NCBI GenBank assembly: GCA_963699755.1 | Contig: CAVOVB010000001.1 | Location: forward strand, 864,001-928,000 | Length of the DNA: 64,000 nt | Direction: 5' to 3' | From: an uncultured delta proteobacterium | Lineage (GTDB): Bacteria; Myxococcota_A; Polyangia; Polyangiales; Houyiibacteriaceae | Shown here: positions 9,673 through 19,028 of the stretch, piece after piece | Layout: each line of letters opens with the position of its first letter | Position numbering within the stretch: position 1 is the first letter of the stretch | Made by a program: the position numbers and the translations under genes | Notes under the pieces: model-generated | What the model saw: only the letters and a program-made list of their open reading frames with translations | Told to the model about the DNA's origin: nothing | The model's database searches: none

Positions 9673-10938
9673 ATGAGCGAGCACAAAGAGAAGCTGGAGT
9701 TCGGCGGGGTGCCCGGAAACCTCGCGATGATCATAGGCCTCCCCATCTTCACGGCGTATCTATTCTTCGCTGTGCGTTTCAACGACGGCGCGGTGCTGCC
9801 GGGGCCCAACGCGGATTGGGAAGGTTTCAGGCAGGCAATGGTGCCGACTGGACGGGCCGCGCTCATCTATGGCGTTTGGCTTGCGCTTCAGGCTCTCCTC
9901 CAGCGGTACGCGCCTGGCCGCGAGGTGCTCGGCGCCGAGCTGCCCGACGGCAGCCGCCTTCCCTACCGAATGAACGGCCTGTTCTCGCTCTTCGTGACGT
10001 TCATTTTGGTAGCGATTGCGCACTGGTCTGGCGTGTTCTCGATTCGCGAGCTGTACGACCAGTTCGGTGCGCTGATCAGCGTGATGACGATCTTCGTCAT
10101 CTTCTTCAGCGCCTATCTCTACTGGTACGGCCAGCAGCACGGGCAGGCGCGTCATCTGAGCGGCACGTTCATTCATGATTTTTGGATGGGCACGGGGCAC
10201 AACCCGCGCGTTCCGCCAGGTCCCGAGGGACTCGACCTGAAGATCTTTTGTGAAGCGCGACCTGGGCTAATCCTCTGGGTGCTGATCAACACCTCATTCG
10301 CCTACGTGCAGTACGAACGATACGGCTTCGTCTCGACTTCGATGATCCTCGTTTGGCTCTTTCAGATGTTCTACATCATCGACTACTTCTGGAACGAGGA
10401 GGCCATCCTCACCACGATGGACATCAAGCACGAGAACTTCGGCTATATGCTGGCGTTCGGCGACTTGGTCTGGGTGCCGATGACCTACTCGCTCCAAGCG
10501 CACTACCTCATCGATCGCGTGCACTCACTGCCCTGGTGGGGCGCTCTGCTGATCGTCGCCGTCAACATGCTCGGCCTCTACATCTTCCGGGTGGTGAATC
10601 TGCAAAAGCACAAGTTCCGCAAAGACCCGGACAACGCACGGATTTGGGGCAAGAAGGTCGAGTACCTTCAAACCGAGCAGGGCGGGAAGCTCTTGCTGTC
10701 CGGGTTTTGGGGTTGGTCCCGTCACTTCAACTATGTCGGGGACATCCTGATGGCGGTTTCCTGGTCGCTCCCCTGCCTTTTCGGCTCGGCCCTGCCCTAC
10801 TTCTACCCGATTTACTTCGCGATTCTACTGATCCATCGCGAACGCCGAGACCACAAGTTCTGTTCGAAGAAGTACGGCGCGGACTGGAAACGATACTGCG
10901 ACCGAGTCCGTTGGCGGATCATCCCTGGCATTTACTGA
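9673..10938 (+). CDS. ERG4/ERG24 family sterol reductase, most like delta(14)-sterol reductase (LBR/TM7SF2 type)
   Basis: LEFGGVPG start, NEEAILTTMDIKHENFGYMLAFGDLVWVP, LLLSGFWGWSRHFNYVGD, LLIHRERRD..CSKKYGADWKRYC..IIPGIY; polytopic; start set at MSEHK. Confidence 0.9.
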   Translation: MSEHKEKLEFGGVPGNLAMIIGLPIFTAYLFFAVRFNDGAVLPGPNADWEGFRQAMVPTGRAALIYGVWLALQALLQRYAPGREVLGAELPDGSRLPYRMNGLFSLFVTFILVAIAHWSGVFSIRELYDQFGALISVMTIFVIFFSAYLYWYGQQHGQARHLSGTFIHDFWMGTGHNPRVPPGPEGLDLKIFCEARPGLILWVLINTSFAYVQYERYGFVSTSMILVWLFQMFYIIDYFWNEEAILTTMDIKHENFGYMLAFGDLVWVPMTYSLQAHYLIDRVHSLPWWGALLIVAVNMLGLYIFRVVNLQKHKFRKDPDNARIWGKKVEYLQTEQGGKLLLSGFWGWSRHFNYVGDILMAVSWSLPCLFGSALPYFYPIYFAILLIHRERRDHKFCSKKYGADWKRYCDRVRWRIIPGIY

Positions 10939-11001
10939 CCTTTTCAAAAAGAGCAATGTCCGCTTTTGAGAAGGGTTGTTGCGCAGTAGGATTGCTCGGT
11001 C

Positions 11002-11880
11002 ATGGACCGCATGCCGGTAACTTCTACTGAGGTCGAACGCGTCGAGCGCGAGCATAGGGAGCGAACCCGCGATCTGGTCGCTGTCGAGGAGCCGCTGCAG
11101 ATCATCGTCGAGCACGGGGCCTTGCACAGCCGAATCGAAACGCCTCTGGTGATGACCATGCGGACGCCAGGGCATGATGGGGACTTGGTGACCGGCTTTC
11201 TGTACGCGGAGGGAGTCATCGCGACGGCCGGGGACCTGATCAGCGTTCGGCACTGCGCCCGCTCCGACACGCCCGACAACGTCGTGCGCGCAATCTTGCA
11301 CGAGCATGCGGCGATTCCCTCTCGATTGCTGGAGCGAAACCTCACGATGACGAGCGCCTGTGGGGTCTGCGGCGAGCGCACCATCGAGTCGCTGTCGAAA
11401 GATGCCTGCGCCCAGATAGCCGTGGAGCCGAGCGCGTTTCGCGCGAACGCCGTTCGGCAAGCGCTTGCGTCTTTGGAAGAATCGCAAGCCTGGTTTCGGT
11501 ACACAGGCGGTACACATGGTGCGGCGCTGTTCGATGTGCGTGGCAAGCTTGTGCTGCACCGAGAGGACGTTGGGAGGCACAATGCGCTTGACAAGCTTGT
11601 CGGTGCCTGGCTCCGAGCTGCGACTCTCGAAGCGGCCGATGGCTTCGTGGTCGTGAGCAGCCGCGCCAGCTTCGAGCTGGTTCAGAAGACCGTCCGCGCT
11701 GGCTTCCCGATGCTGGTTGCGATTGGTGCAGCGTCGAGCTTGGCCGTGGGAACGGCGCGGCGCTTCGACCTCACCTTGGTTGGATTCGCACGCGAGAACC
11801 GCTTCAACGTCTACTCCAGGGGCGAACGAATTGCACGCGAGGAAAACGAGCCGGCGTTCCTTCAGGTAGAGGCGGGTTGA
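11002..11880 (+). CDS. fdhD: Formate dehydrogenase accessory sulfurtransferase
   Basis: MRTPGHD, SACGVCG, TGGTHGAAL, REDVGRHNALDKLVG. Confidence 0.95.
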   Translation: MDRMPVTSTEVERVEREHRERTRDLVAVEEPLQIIVEHGALHSRIETPLVMTMRTPGHDGDLVTGFLYAEGVIATAGDLISVRHCARSDTPDNVVRAILHEHAAIPSRLLERNLTMTSACGVCGERTIESLSKDACAQIAVEPSAFRANAVRQALASLEESQAWFRYTGGTHGAALFDVRGKLVLHREDVGRHNALDKLVGAWLRAATLEAADGFVVVSSRASFELVQKTVRAGFPMLVAIGAASSLAVGTARRFDLTLVGFARENRFNVYSRGERIAREENEPAFLQVEAG

Positions 11881-14180
11881 TGACGACTCACCGACCGAGC
11901 CGCGCAGAGCCACCGGAAACCGACGACGAGCTTCACATCAAGGCGCCTGAGACGAAAGCCGCGGGGCTCGCATCCGTGCGCTCGGCGTTCGCGCATATGC
12001 ATCGGCACGGCCGCTCGCTCCCCTCTGCGATTCGCATCCTCGGTCGAATGAACCAGATCGACGGCTTCGATTGCCCCGGATGCGCCTGGCCCGACCCGGA
12101 TGACCGCGCGGTCCTGACCGAGTTCTGCGAGAATGGCGCCAAAGCCGCAGCCTGGGAGAGCACCAGTCGGCGCCTCGACGGAGGGTTCTTTCAACAACAC
12201 AGCATCGACGACCTCGCGAGAAGGTCCGACTATTGGCTCGGCCTTCAAGGCAGGCTCACGCAGCCTCTCTTGCTCCGCCCGGGCTCTCGCTTTTACGAGC
12301 CGATCGGCTGGAGCGAAGCGTTCAAGCGCGTTGCCGATGCGCTCAAGACCCTCGACTCGCCCGACGAAGCGATCTTCTATACGTCCGGCCGCACCAGCAA
12401 TGAAGCCGCTTTTCTCTACCAGCTCTTCGTGCGGGCCTTCGGGACGAACAACCTGCCCGACTGCTCGAACATGTGCCATGAGTCGAGCGGTGTCGGTCTC
12501 GGCGACACCGTGGGGATCGGCAAGGGCTCGGTGACGCTAGACGACATCCACGACGCCGATACGATCGTCGTGATGGGTCAGAATCCCGGTACAAACCATC
12601 CGCGAATGCTGACGGCCCTGCAGAAGGCCAAGAAGAACGGTGCGCAGATCATCGCGATCAACCCTCTCCCCGAAGCTGGGCTAATCGGCTTCGTGAATCC
12701 AAAGAGCCCGATGCAGGTGCTCCGCGGAGGCACTGAAATCGCCGACCTCTTTCTTCAGGTGCAGATCAATGGCGACGTGGCGCTGCTCAAAGCGCTGATG
12801 TGCCGCTTGCTCGAGATCGAAGAGGAGCGGCCCGGCGAGGTGCTCGATGACGACTTCATCGGCCTCTACACAGAAGGTTTCGCGGAGCTGCGCGCTCATT
12901 TGCAGGCACAGGACGTCGACGCGCTGCTGAAGGCCGCTGGCATCAGCGGCCCGGAGCTCGAACGAGCTGTGGAGATCATCCTCAGGAGCCGGAAGACAAT
13001 CGTCTGCTGGGCGATGGGGCTCACGCAGCACCGAAACGGTGTCGGCAACGTGCGCGAGATCGTCAACTTCCTATTGATGCGCGGGAGCATCGGCATACCC
13101 GGAGCGGGGACCTGCCCGGTTCGCGGACACAGCAATGTCCAAGGCGACCGGACGATGGGGATTCACGACCGGCCGTCCAAGGTGCTGCTCGATCGAATCG
13201 AAGAGGTGTTTGGCTTCGAACCGCCCCGTGAGCCGGGCTTCAATACCGTCGAAGCGATTCACGCGATGCTCGACGGCCGCGCGAAGCTGTTCTTCGCGAT
13301 GGGGGGTAACTTCCTCCAGGCGACACCGGACACCGAACGCACGGCCAAGGCGCTCGAAAACTGCGAGATGATCGTCCACGTGAGCACCAAGCTCAACCGC
13401 GGCCATCTGGTTCGTGGCAACTGGTCGATCATCTTGCCTTGCCTTGCGCGCTCAGAGGTCGACCAGCAGGCCTACGGCCCGCAGTTTGTCACGGTCGAAA
13501 ACTCGATGGGCGTGGTTCATTCGTCACACGGGCACCTCAAGCCCGCCGATCCGGAGCTCTACAGCGAGCCATCGATCGTTGCCTGGCTGGCCGAACAGGT
13601 CCTCGGCCCCGAGCATCCGGTGAGCTGGTGCTGGCTGATCGAGAACTACGATCGCATTCGCGATTTGATCGCCAAGACAATCCCCGGATTTGAACAGTTC
13701 AACGCGCGCGTACGCGAGCCCGGCGGCTTTCATCTCTACAACAGCGCGCGGGAGCGAAAGTTCAGCACCGAAAGCGGCAAGGCGCGTTTCACCATCAATC
13801 CGGCCCCCGACCTCGCACTGCCCGACGGCTGCTACCGGATGATGACCGTGCGCACACATGACCAGTACAACACCACCGTGTACGGGAACGACGACCGCTA
13901 CCGAGGCGTCTGGGGCGGCCGCCGCGTCGTCTTCATGAACGAAGGCGACATGCGCGAGGCGGGCTTCGAGGCGGGCTCCAAGGTCGACATCACAAACGAT
14001 TTCGGAGGCGAACGGCGCCTCGCCCCGCGCTTCACCGTCGTCCCCTATCCGATTCCAAGCCGATGCATCGCCACCTATTTTCCAGAGGCCAACGTCCTAG
14101 TTCCTCTGAACAGATACGCCGAAGGCAGCTACACCCCTGCGTCGAAAGATGTGACCGTTCGCTTGGCGCCAAGCGCATGA
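11877..14180 (+). CDS. ydeP: FdhF/YdeP family molybdopterin oxidoreductase
   Basis: GFDCPGCAWPD, EFCENGAKA, YTSGRTSNEAAF, NLPDCSNMCHE, RGHSNVQGDRTMG, RTHDQYNTTVY. Confidence 0.9.
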   Translation: MMTTHRPSRAEPPETDDELHIKAPETKAAGLASVRSAFAHMHRHGRSLPSAIRILGRMNQIDGFDCPGCAWPDPDDRAVLTEFCENGAKAAAWESTSRRLDGGFFQQHSIDDLARRSDYWLGLQGRLTQPLLLRPGSRFYEPIGWSEAFKRVADALKTLDSPDEAIFYTSGRTSNEAAFLYQLFVRAFGTNNLPDCSNMCHESSGVGLGDTVGIGKGSVTLDDIHDADTIVVMGQNPGTNHPRMLTALQKAKKNGAQIIAINPLPEAGLIGFVNPKSPMQVLRGGTEIADLFLQVQINGDVALLKALMCRLLEIEEERPGEVLDDDFIGLYTEGFAELRAHLQAQDVDALLKAAGISGPELERAVEIILRSRKTIVCWAMGLTQHRNGVGNVREIVNFLLMRGSIGIPGAGTCPVRGHSNVQGDRTMGIHDRPSKVLLDRIEEVFGFEPPREPGFNTVEAIHAMLDGRAKLFFAMGGNFLQATPDTERTAKALENCEMIVHVSTKLNRGHLVRGNWSIILPCLARSEVDQQAYGPQFVTVENSMGVVHSSHGHLKPADPELYSEPSIVAWLAEQVLGPEHPVSWCWLIENYDRIRDLIAKTIPGFEQFNARVREPGGFHLYNSARERKFSTESGKARFTINPAPDLALPDGCYRMMTVRTHDQYNTTVYGNDDRYRGVWGGRRVVFMNEGDMREAGFEAGSKVDITNDFGGERRLAPRFTVVPYPIPSRCIATYFPEANVLVPLNRYAEGSYTPASKDVTVRLAPSA

Positions 14181-14186
14181 CGAACG

Positions 14187-15536
14187 CTAGAGGCGGCGGA
14201 GGATTTCGTCGGCCGCACGCTCGCCGGATTGAAGGGCACCTTCCATGTACCCAATCCACTCGGTCGCGGCCTCGGTGCCGGCCCAGTGGATCCGACCCTC
14301 GGGCTTGCGGAGATGCGCGAAAGACTTGGTGAGAACCCCGGGCGGCAAACCACCGACTGGGCACCCGCGCGACCACGGCTCAGCGCCCCAGTCGAGCTCG
14401 TGATAGTCCTGAAACGATTCGGCTTCGCTCCCGAAGTAGCGTTTGAGCGCATTGCCGACTCGGCGCTTTCGGTCGGAGAGCGGTTGCGCAGACCATTGGC
14501 GCGCTTGGCTCCCTACGACGAAGCCGATCAAGGCCGGCTGCCGGCCGTCGTGCGAACTGTTGTCGTAGACGACGCTAAGCGGCCCCTCCGAGCTCACGAC
14601 TTCACCCGAGAACCCTGCTTCGCGCCAGAACGCGCGCTCGTAAGTGACGAGCACCTTTACCGCAGCGCCCATCGCGAAGCGCTGCGTGAGCTGATCGCGC
14701 CCAACCGACACCGTGGGCTCGTATTCGATTCGCCCGGCCAGCGGTGGAGGAACGGCAACGACCACGAAGCGCGCTGCGACCGTCTGACCGTCGCAGATGG
14801 CATCGACGCCGTCTTGGCTCTGGACGAGCTTCCTCACAGGCGCCCCTAGAATCAGTGCGTCGCCGAGCTCCTCGGCGAGCGCGAGCGAGAGCGCCTGCGC
14901 CCCGCGGACAAAGCGATCCTGTTGCGCACCGCCGCGGGTCTCCGAATGGCTCAGCAAGCCGCCCCCGGCGTTGAGGTACATCAGAAAGTAGAGCGCCGAG
15001 AGCTCGCGCGCCTCCGCTCCGAAAATCGAACGGATCGCCGCATCCATCACGGCGATGATTTTCCTGGACTTCACGAACCGCGCTCGCCAGGTCTCGAGTG
15101 TCTCGCCATCGAGCTCATTGGCGCCTTCTGCGCTCATCGGTGCGGTCGCCGAGATGCGCTTCTGCACCCGGTTGAGGTAGCTGAGCGCTCCCTGCATCTG
15201 AATCAGGCTGGGCAGCGACATCGAGGCAATCGACCGCTTGTACGTCGACACCTTACCCTCGACCTCCAGAACCTTCTTGCCCTCGCTGTACGTCGGAAAT
15301 GTTTGAATGCCGAGCTCGTTTGCAAGCGCATGCACGCGGTCTTGCCCGGGCCCAATCCATTGACCGCCCAGATCGAATTGGCCTCGGCCGATCGCCTTCG
15401 TCCAAGTGCGCCCACCAACTCGATCACGCGCCTCGACGACGACGACAGTCTTCCCCTGCGCGCGAAGCTTGCGTGCCGCACAAAGCCCCGAAAGACCGGC
15501 CCCAACGACTACGACGTCCACCCGATCGCCCATCAA
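14187..15536 (-). CDS. Flavin monoamine oxidase family protein
   Basis: GAGLSGL FAD motif, EARDRVGGRT, DLGGQWIG, HWAGTE..GYMEGALQSGERAA; start may be ATG 15533. Confidence 0.92.
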   Translation of the reverse strand: MMGDRVDVVVVGAGLSGLCAARKLRAQGKTVVVVEARDRVGGRTWTKAIGRGQFDLGGQWIGPGQDRVHALANELGIQTFPTYSEGKKVLEVEGKVSTYKRSIASMSLPSLIQMQGALSYLNRVQKRISATAPMSAEGANELDGETLETWRARFVKSRKIIAVMDAAIRSIFGAEARELSALYFLMYLNAGGGLLSHSETRGGAQQDRFVRGAQALSLALAEELGDALILGAPVRKLVQSQDGVDAICDGQTVAARFVVVAVPPPLAGRIEYEPTVSVGRDQLTQRFAMGAAVKVLVTYERAFWREAGFSGEVVSSEGPLSVVYDNSSHDGRQPALIGFVVGSQARQWSAQPLSDRKRRVGNALKRYFGSEAESFQDYHELDWGAEPWSRGCPVGGLPPGVLTKSFAHLRKPEGRIHWAGTEAATEWIGYMEGALQSGERAADEILRRL

Positions 15537-15562
15537 AGTCGTTATAGTACGCAGTGGGGGGG

Positions 15563-16231
15563 TTACTCAATTTTGGTGATTCTGGTTCGCGGCGAGACCC
15601 GGCGTCGAGGCTCACTTTTCCTCTCGAAGGACTGCTGGATGACGAAAAACTCGTCGGCATCGGGCAGTGTCATCAGGTGCGTGGGGCTCCGTGGACGCAG
15701 TTGCGGATGCTCTCGCGTATCGAGCTCGATGAGAAAGTCCGTCCCCGGGATCGCGAACCTCGAGAAATGAGCCACACCCAAGGAATTGGTCTGGGCCACG
15801 CCTTGTCCGTCGAGAAGAACCGGAAGGCCCGCCCCGTTTTTCGCCCGGACGATGAAGGCCCCCAATCGTTTCTGCGGCCGGCATCTGAGGGTGATCTCCA
15901 AGGCGCGCGAATCGAGCTCGCCCAGAGACTCGAAGCGCCGAAGCCTCAAGAGCTTCGCTGCTGACGGGGGTTCGTGTCCAACTGGGCAGTCGTGTTCAAT
16001 ACTCATTTGCTGACCAAGCTGCCCATGGACCTCGCTCTGCAACAGACCCGCGGAGTTGGTCTCGCCTACGAGCCTTCCGTCGACGGATATTCGAACCCCG
16101 CTCAGCCTATGGCCAGGGTCGGATTCGACGGAGAAGAGGAGGTCGATGGCTTGCGTGGAGGCCGCAGTCTTCTGGCATGAGGCCCAGACCGCGACGCCGA
16201 CGACGAGGATCGGGAGGCGCGTCAAGGACAT
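15563..16231 (-). CDS. Hypothetical exported (possible lipo)protein, last gene of Tad locus
   Basis: Signal-like N-terminus ending in WAS-C; two similar segments (ISVDGRLVGETNSAG / VLLDGQGVAQTNSLG). Confidence 0.6.
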   Translation of the reverse strand: MSLTRLPILVVGVAVWASCQKTAASTQAIDLLFSVESDPGHRLSGVRISVDGRLVGETNSAGLLQSEVHGQLGQQMSIEHDCPVGHEPPSAAKLLRLRRFESLGELDSRALEITLRCRPQKRLGAFIVRAKNGAGLPVLLDGQGVAQTNSLGVAHFSRFAIPGTDFLIELDTREHPQLRPRSPTHLMTLPDADEFFVIQQSFERKSEPRRRVSPRTRITKIE

Positions 16232-16851
16232 CTGCTGCTCACGGGTGGATCGGCTCGGTCACAGCGGAGCTTGGCCCTGAGAACGGCGACGAAGTCTCGG
16301 AACGTTCGGTCCTCGGGGAAGAGCTCCGCAAGGGATTGGTACTGCCTCAGCGCGGCGGGAAAGTCGTTTGAGGCGATCAGGGCTGCGGCGTGGCGCTCAA
16401 GCTCGTCTCGCTGAGCGGCTGCGATTTCTCGAATCGCTGCTTCGCGCTGAATGTCAATTGGCCGGTTCATTTCTAGGGAATGCTCGGACGGACGCGACAG
16501 CGCGGATTCGCTCGCCGGCCGGGGGGCCCCGAGCTCGGTGAGAGTGACGCGCAGGGCCTCGGCGACCCGCGATTGCTGGCGAGCGACTGATCCGAGGCCA
16601 ACCAGGAGAGCAAAGGCCAAGCTGAATTCGATGACCTGGCGCGGGTGGCTCGAGAGCAGCGCGCTCGCGCCTCGCCAAGTCGGCCGTGCTGGGGGCTTGC
16701 GGCGTCCGTCTGGAATGCTTGCCGACCCCGCCGGAGTCGCATGACCAGGCCCCTCGAAAGCTGGCGGCACGCCTGCGAGGCGGGCCGGTTCGACGAGGGT
16801 GCGTTCTTCGTCCCCGTCCCAGATGGCCATCGTGGCAGGCTCCTCGTTCAT
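16222..16851 (-). CDS. Hypothetical single-pass membrane protein with TPR-like C-terminus (Tad locus)
   Basis: Pro-rich N-terminus, TM FSLAFALLVGLGSV, helical end AAALIASNDFPAALRQYQSLAELFP; coupled to neighbours. Confidence 0.6.
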   Translation of the reverse strand: MNEEPATMAIWDGDEERTLVEPARLAGVPPAFEGPGHATPAGSASIPDGRRKPPARPTWRGASALLSSHPRQVIEFSLAFALLVGLGSVARQQSRVAEALRVTLTELGAPRPASESALSRPSEHSLEMNRPIDIQREAAIREIAAAQRDELERHAAALIASNDFPAALRQYQSLAELFPEDRTFRDFVAVLRAKLRCDRADPPVSSRCP

Positions 16852-17846
16852 TCGCCGCCTCCAAGGTCGGTGGGCCGTTCGAACAGATGCTCGATCCGAT
16901 AGCCCGCGTGACCGTCGTGCCCGAGTATCTGGGAAACGTAAGTCACCTGGCGGAACCCGTCAGAGCACCGGGACACCTGAACGATGAAGTCGACCGCCGA
17001 GGCAATTTGTGCGCGGAGCACGTTGAGCGGAACGTCGACATCGCTCATGAGGGCCATCGTTTCCAATCGGCTCAGCGTGTCGATGGGGAGCGTGGCGTGA
17101 ACCGTCGAGAGACATCCACGGTGACCAGAGGTCATGGCTTGGATGAGATCGAGGGCCTCACCGCCGCGGATTTCACCGATGACGATCCTGTCCGGTCGCA
17201 TTCGAAGCGTCGCCCGAAAGAGGTCTCGTATGCTGACCGAGCCACGGCCGCGAGCGTCGGCGGGCTGTGCCTCCAGCTGCACGACATGGGGGAGCTGAAC
17301 CTGAAGCTCTTGCGAGTCCTCGATGACCACCACGCGTTCGTCATCAGCCGCAAGCGATGCCAGCGCGTTCAGGAGAGACGTTTTCCCGGAACCGCTTCCG
17401 CCGGCAACGATCACGTTGTACTTTCGCCCGATGATCGATCGCAGCAGAGGCGCGGTGTCTCGAGACACGGCGCCTAGCTCGACGAGTCGTTCCAAAGTCA
17501 GCTGCTGCCGCCGAAAGCGCCGGATGCTCACGACCGGACCGGAAGGAGAAGCAGGTGGAATGATTGCTTCGACGCGAGAGCCATCTGGCAACCGGGCCTC
17601 CAGAATGGGCTGATGCGCGTTGAGCTCGCGGCCGACGAATTGCGAGAGGTTTCGAAGAGCGGACATCAGGTCGTGCTCTGATGCAAATCGGCTCCCAGTG
17701 AGATGGAGCCGACCTTCCGTCTCGACGTAGATTTCGCGGTGACCATTGATCATGATCTCGCTCACCGCGTCGCCTTCGAGGTAAGCAACGACCGGGGCGA
17801 ACAGAGACGCGACGGTCTGGTCGAAGACGTGACGCGGGATGCTCAT
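16848..17846 (-). CDS. tadA: Second CpaF/TadA family ATPase (short form)
   Basis: SEIMING, EARLPDGSRV, Walker A GGSGSGKT, IEDSQEL, LRMRPDRIVIGEIRG, GHRGCLSTVHA. Confidence 0.9.
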   Translation of the reverse strand: MSIPRHVFDQTVASLFAPVVAYLEGDAVSEIMINGHREIYVETEGRLHLTGSRFASEHDLMSALRNLSQFVGRELNAHQPILEARLPDGSRVEAIIPPASPSGPVVSIRRFRRQQLTLERLVELGAVSRDTAPLLRSIIGRKYNVIVAGGSGSGKTSLLNALASLAADDERVVVIEDSQELQVQLPHVVQLEAQPADARGRGSVSIRDLFRATLRMRPDRIVIGEIRGGEALDLIQAMTSGHRGCLSTVHATLPIDTLSRLETMALMSDVDVPLNVLRAQIASAVDFIVQVSRCSDGFRQVTYVSQILGHDGHAGYRIEHLFERPTDLGGGE

Positions 17847-18538
17847 GGAGCCTCCCCAAGGCGTGCGCTCGGATCGCTCAGAAGCGGCTCGAATCGCGGA
17901 GCCTCCATGATTTCTGTAACCTCACCGAGAATCGACCTCGCTTCGGCGGCATGAGGGCCTTGCGGGGTCAATCTGAGATACTCCTCTAGGTGGGCCATCG
18001 ATCGCCCTCGGTCGGCTTCACCTTGTCGATAGAGCATGGCGAGCCGGTAGTGGGGCAAGGCCCTCTCAGGTTCCGCTGTCACGATCCGCTCGAGCTCCGA
18101 CTGCGCCCGAGCGAGGTTTCCTATCGCCTCGTAAATACTGGCAACGACGAGCCGCAACGACCACTGTGCAGGATGGTCGCGGAGGTATTCAGCTGAGTGG
18201 TTGAGCGCTGATTGGTAGCGGCTCGCTGCGACGCAGACACGGACCAACCAGTAAACCACAGCCGCCTCGTCGTGACCCCGTTGTCGCGCGGCGCTCAGGT
18301 ATTGCTCGGCGCGCAAGAGATCGCCGGAGCGCGCGTGAGCAACGCCCAAGAGGAAGAAATCTTCGGCGCTGATGCTGCTGAGCTCGGCTTGGAGCTCGGG
18401 TCCTCGATACAGGGTTCTATGATGACAGCCGCCAACGATCGTGAGGCACGGCAAGAGCAGAAAACCAAGTGCTCGGCTAGCGCGACGTGCTCGCTCGTGC
18501 CGCGGCCTTCCCGATGTTCTTCTCGAGCCATTCGACAT
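17843..18538 (-). CDS. TPR lipoprotein (TadD-like pilotin candidate)
   Basis: Lipobox-like IVGG-C followed by TPR-like helices ending YLRLTPQGPHAAEAR; start uncertain. Confidence 0.7.
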   Translation of the reverse strand: MSNGSRRTSGRPRHERARRASRALGFLLLPCLTIVGGCHHRTLYRGPELQAELSSISAEDFFLLGVAHARSGDLLRAEQYLSAARQRGHDEAAVVYWLVRVCVAASRYQSALNHSAEYLRDHPAQWSLRLVVASIYEAIGNLARAQSELERIVTAEPERALPHYRLAMLYRQGEADRGRSMAHLEEYLRLTPQGPHAAEARSILGEVTEIMEAPRFEPLLSDPSARLGEAP

Positions 18539-19028
18539 ACTCGTGCCTCCTCAGGTGCTCAGTCAAAAGAAGGAGTCGACGAATCTCGCTGAGCGCGTCG
18601 GACCATCGATCCTGTTCGAGCGCGTTGACCAAGTTCAATCGCGCTGCGGCATAGTCGGTGTCGACCCGAGCAGAGAGCTCTGAGCTCGAACGACGGACGC
18701 GTGCGGCATCCCGCTCGGCGCCGGCGAGTCGATAGCAGGCTTCCGCTTCCTGATAGCGCTGAACGGCACGAACGCCATCCCGGGGATTGTAGGCGTACCG
18801 GTCGGCTCGAAGAAGGGCGAGCTCCTCTGCACGGCGCCCATTTCGAAAGGCCTCGCCGCGAGGCGAACAGGTCGCGACGTCGACGAAAAGCGCGGGATAC
18901 GCACCGAGCGCAGGCCCGCGCACCCCCTCGGTTGCACCATCTCGGAGCCAGACAGCAAGCGCGACGAACAGGGAAGCCGCGAGTAACACCAATGGACCAT
19001 TGCGCCTGTTCTTCGAAGCCTCCGTCAT
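18477..19028 (-). CDS. Hypothetical membrane-anchored helical protein (Tad locus)
   Basis: MTEASKNRRNG then TM LVLLAASLFVALAVW; ATG overlaps tadC stop. Confidence 0.6.
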   Translation of the reverse strand: MTEASKNRRNGPLVLLAASLFVALAVWLRDGATEGVRGPALGAYPALFVDVATCSPRGEAFRNGRRAEELALLRADRYAYNPRDGVRAVQRYQEAEACYRLAGAERDAARVRRSSSELSARVDTDYAAARLNLVNALEQDRWSDALSEIRRLLLLTEHLRRHEYVEWLEKNIGKAAARASTSR

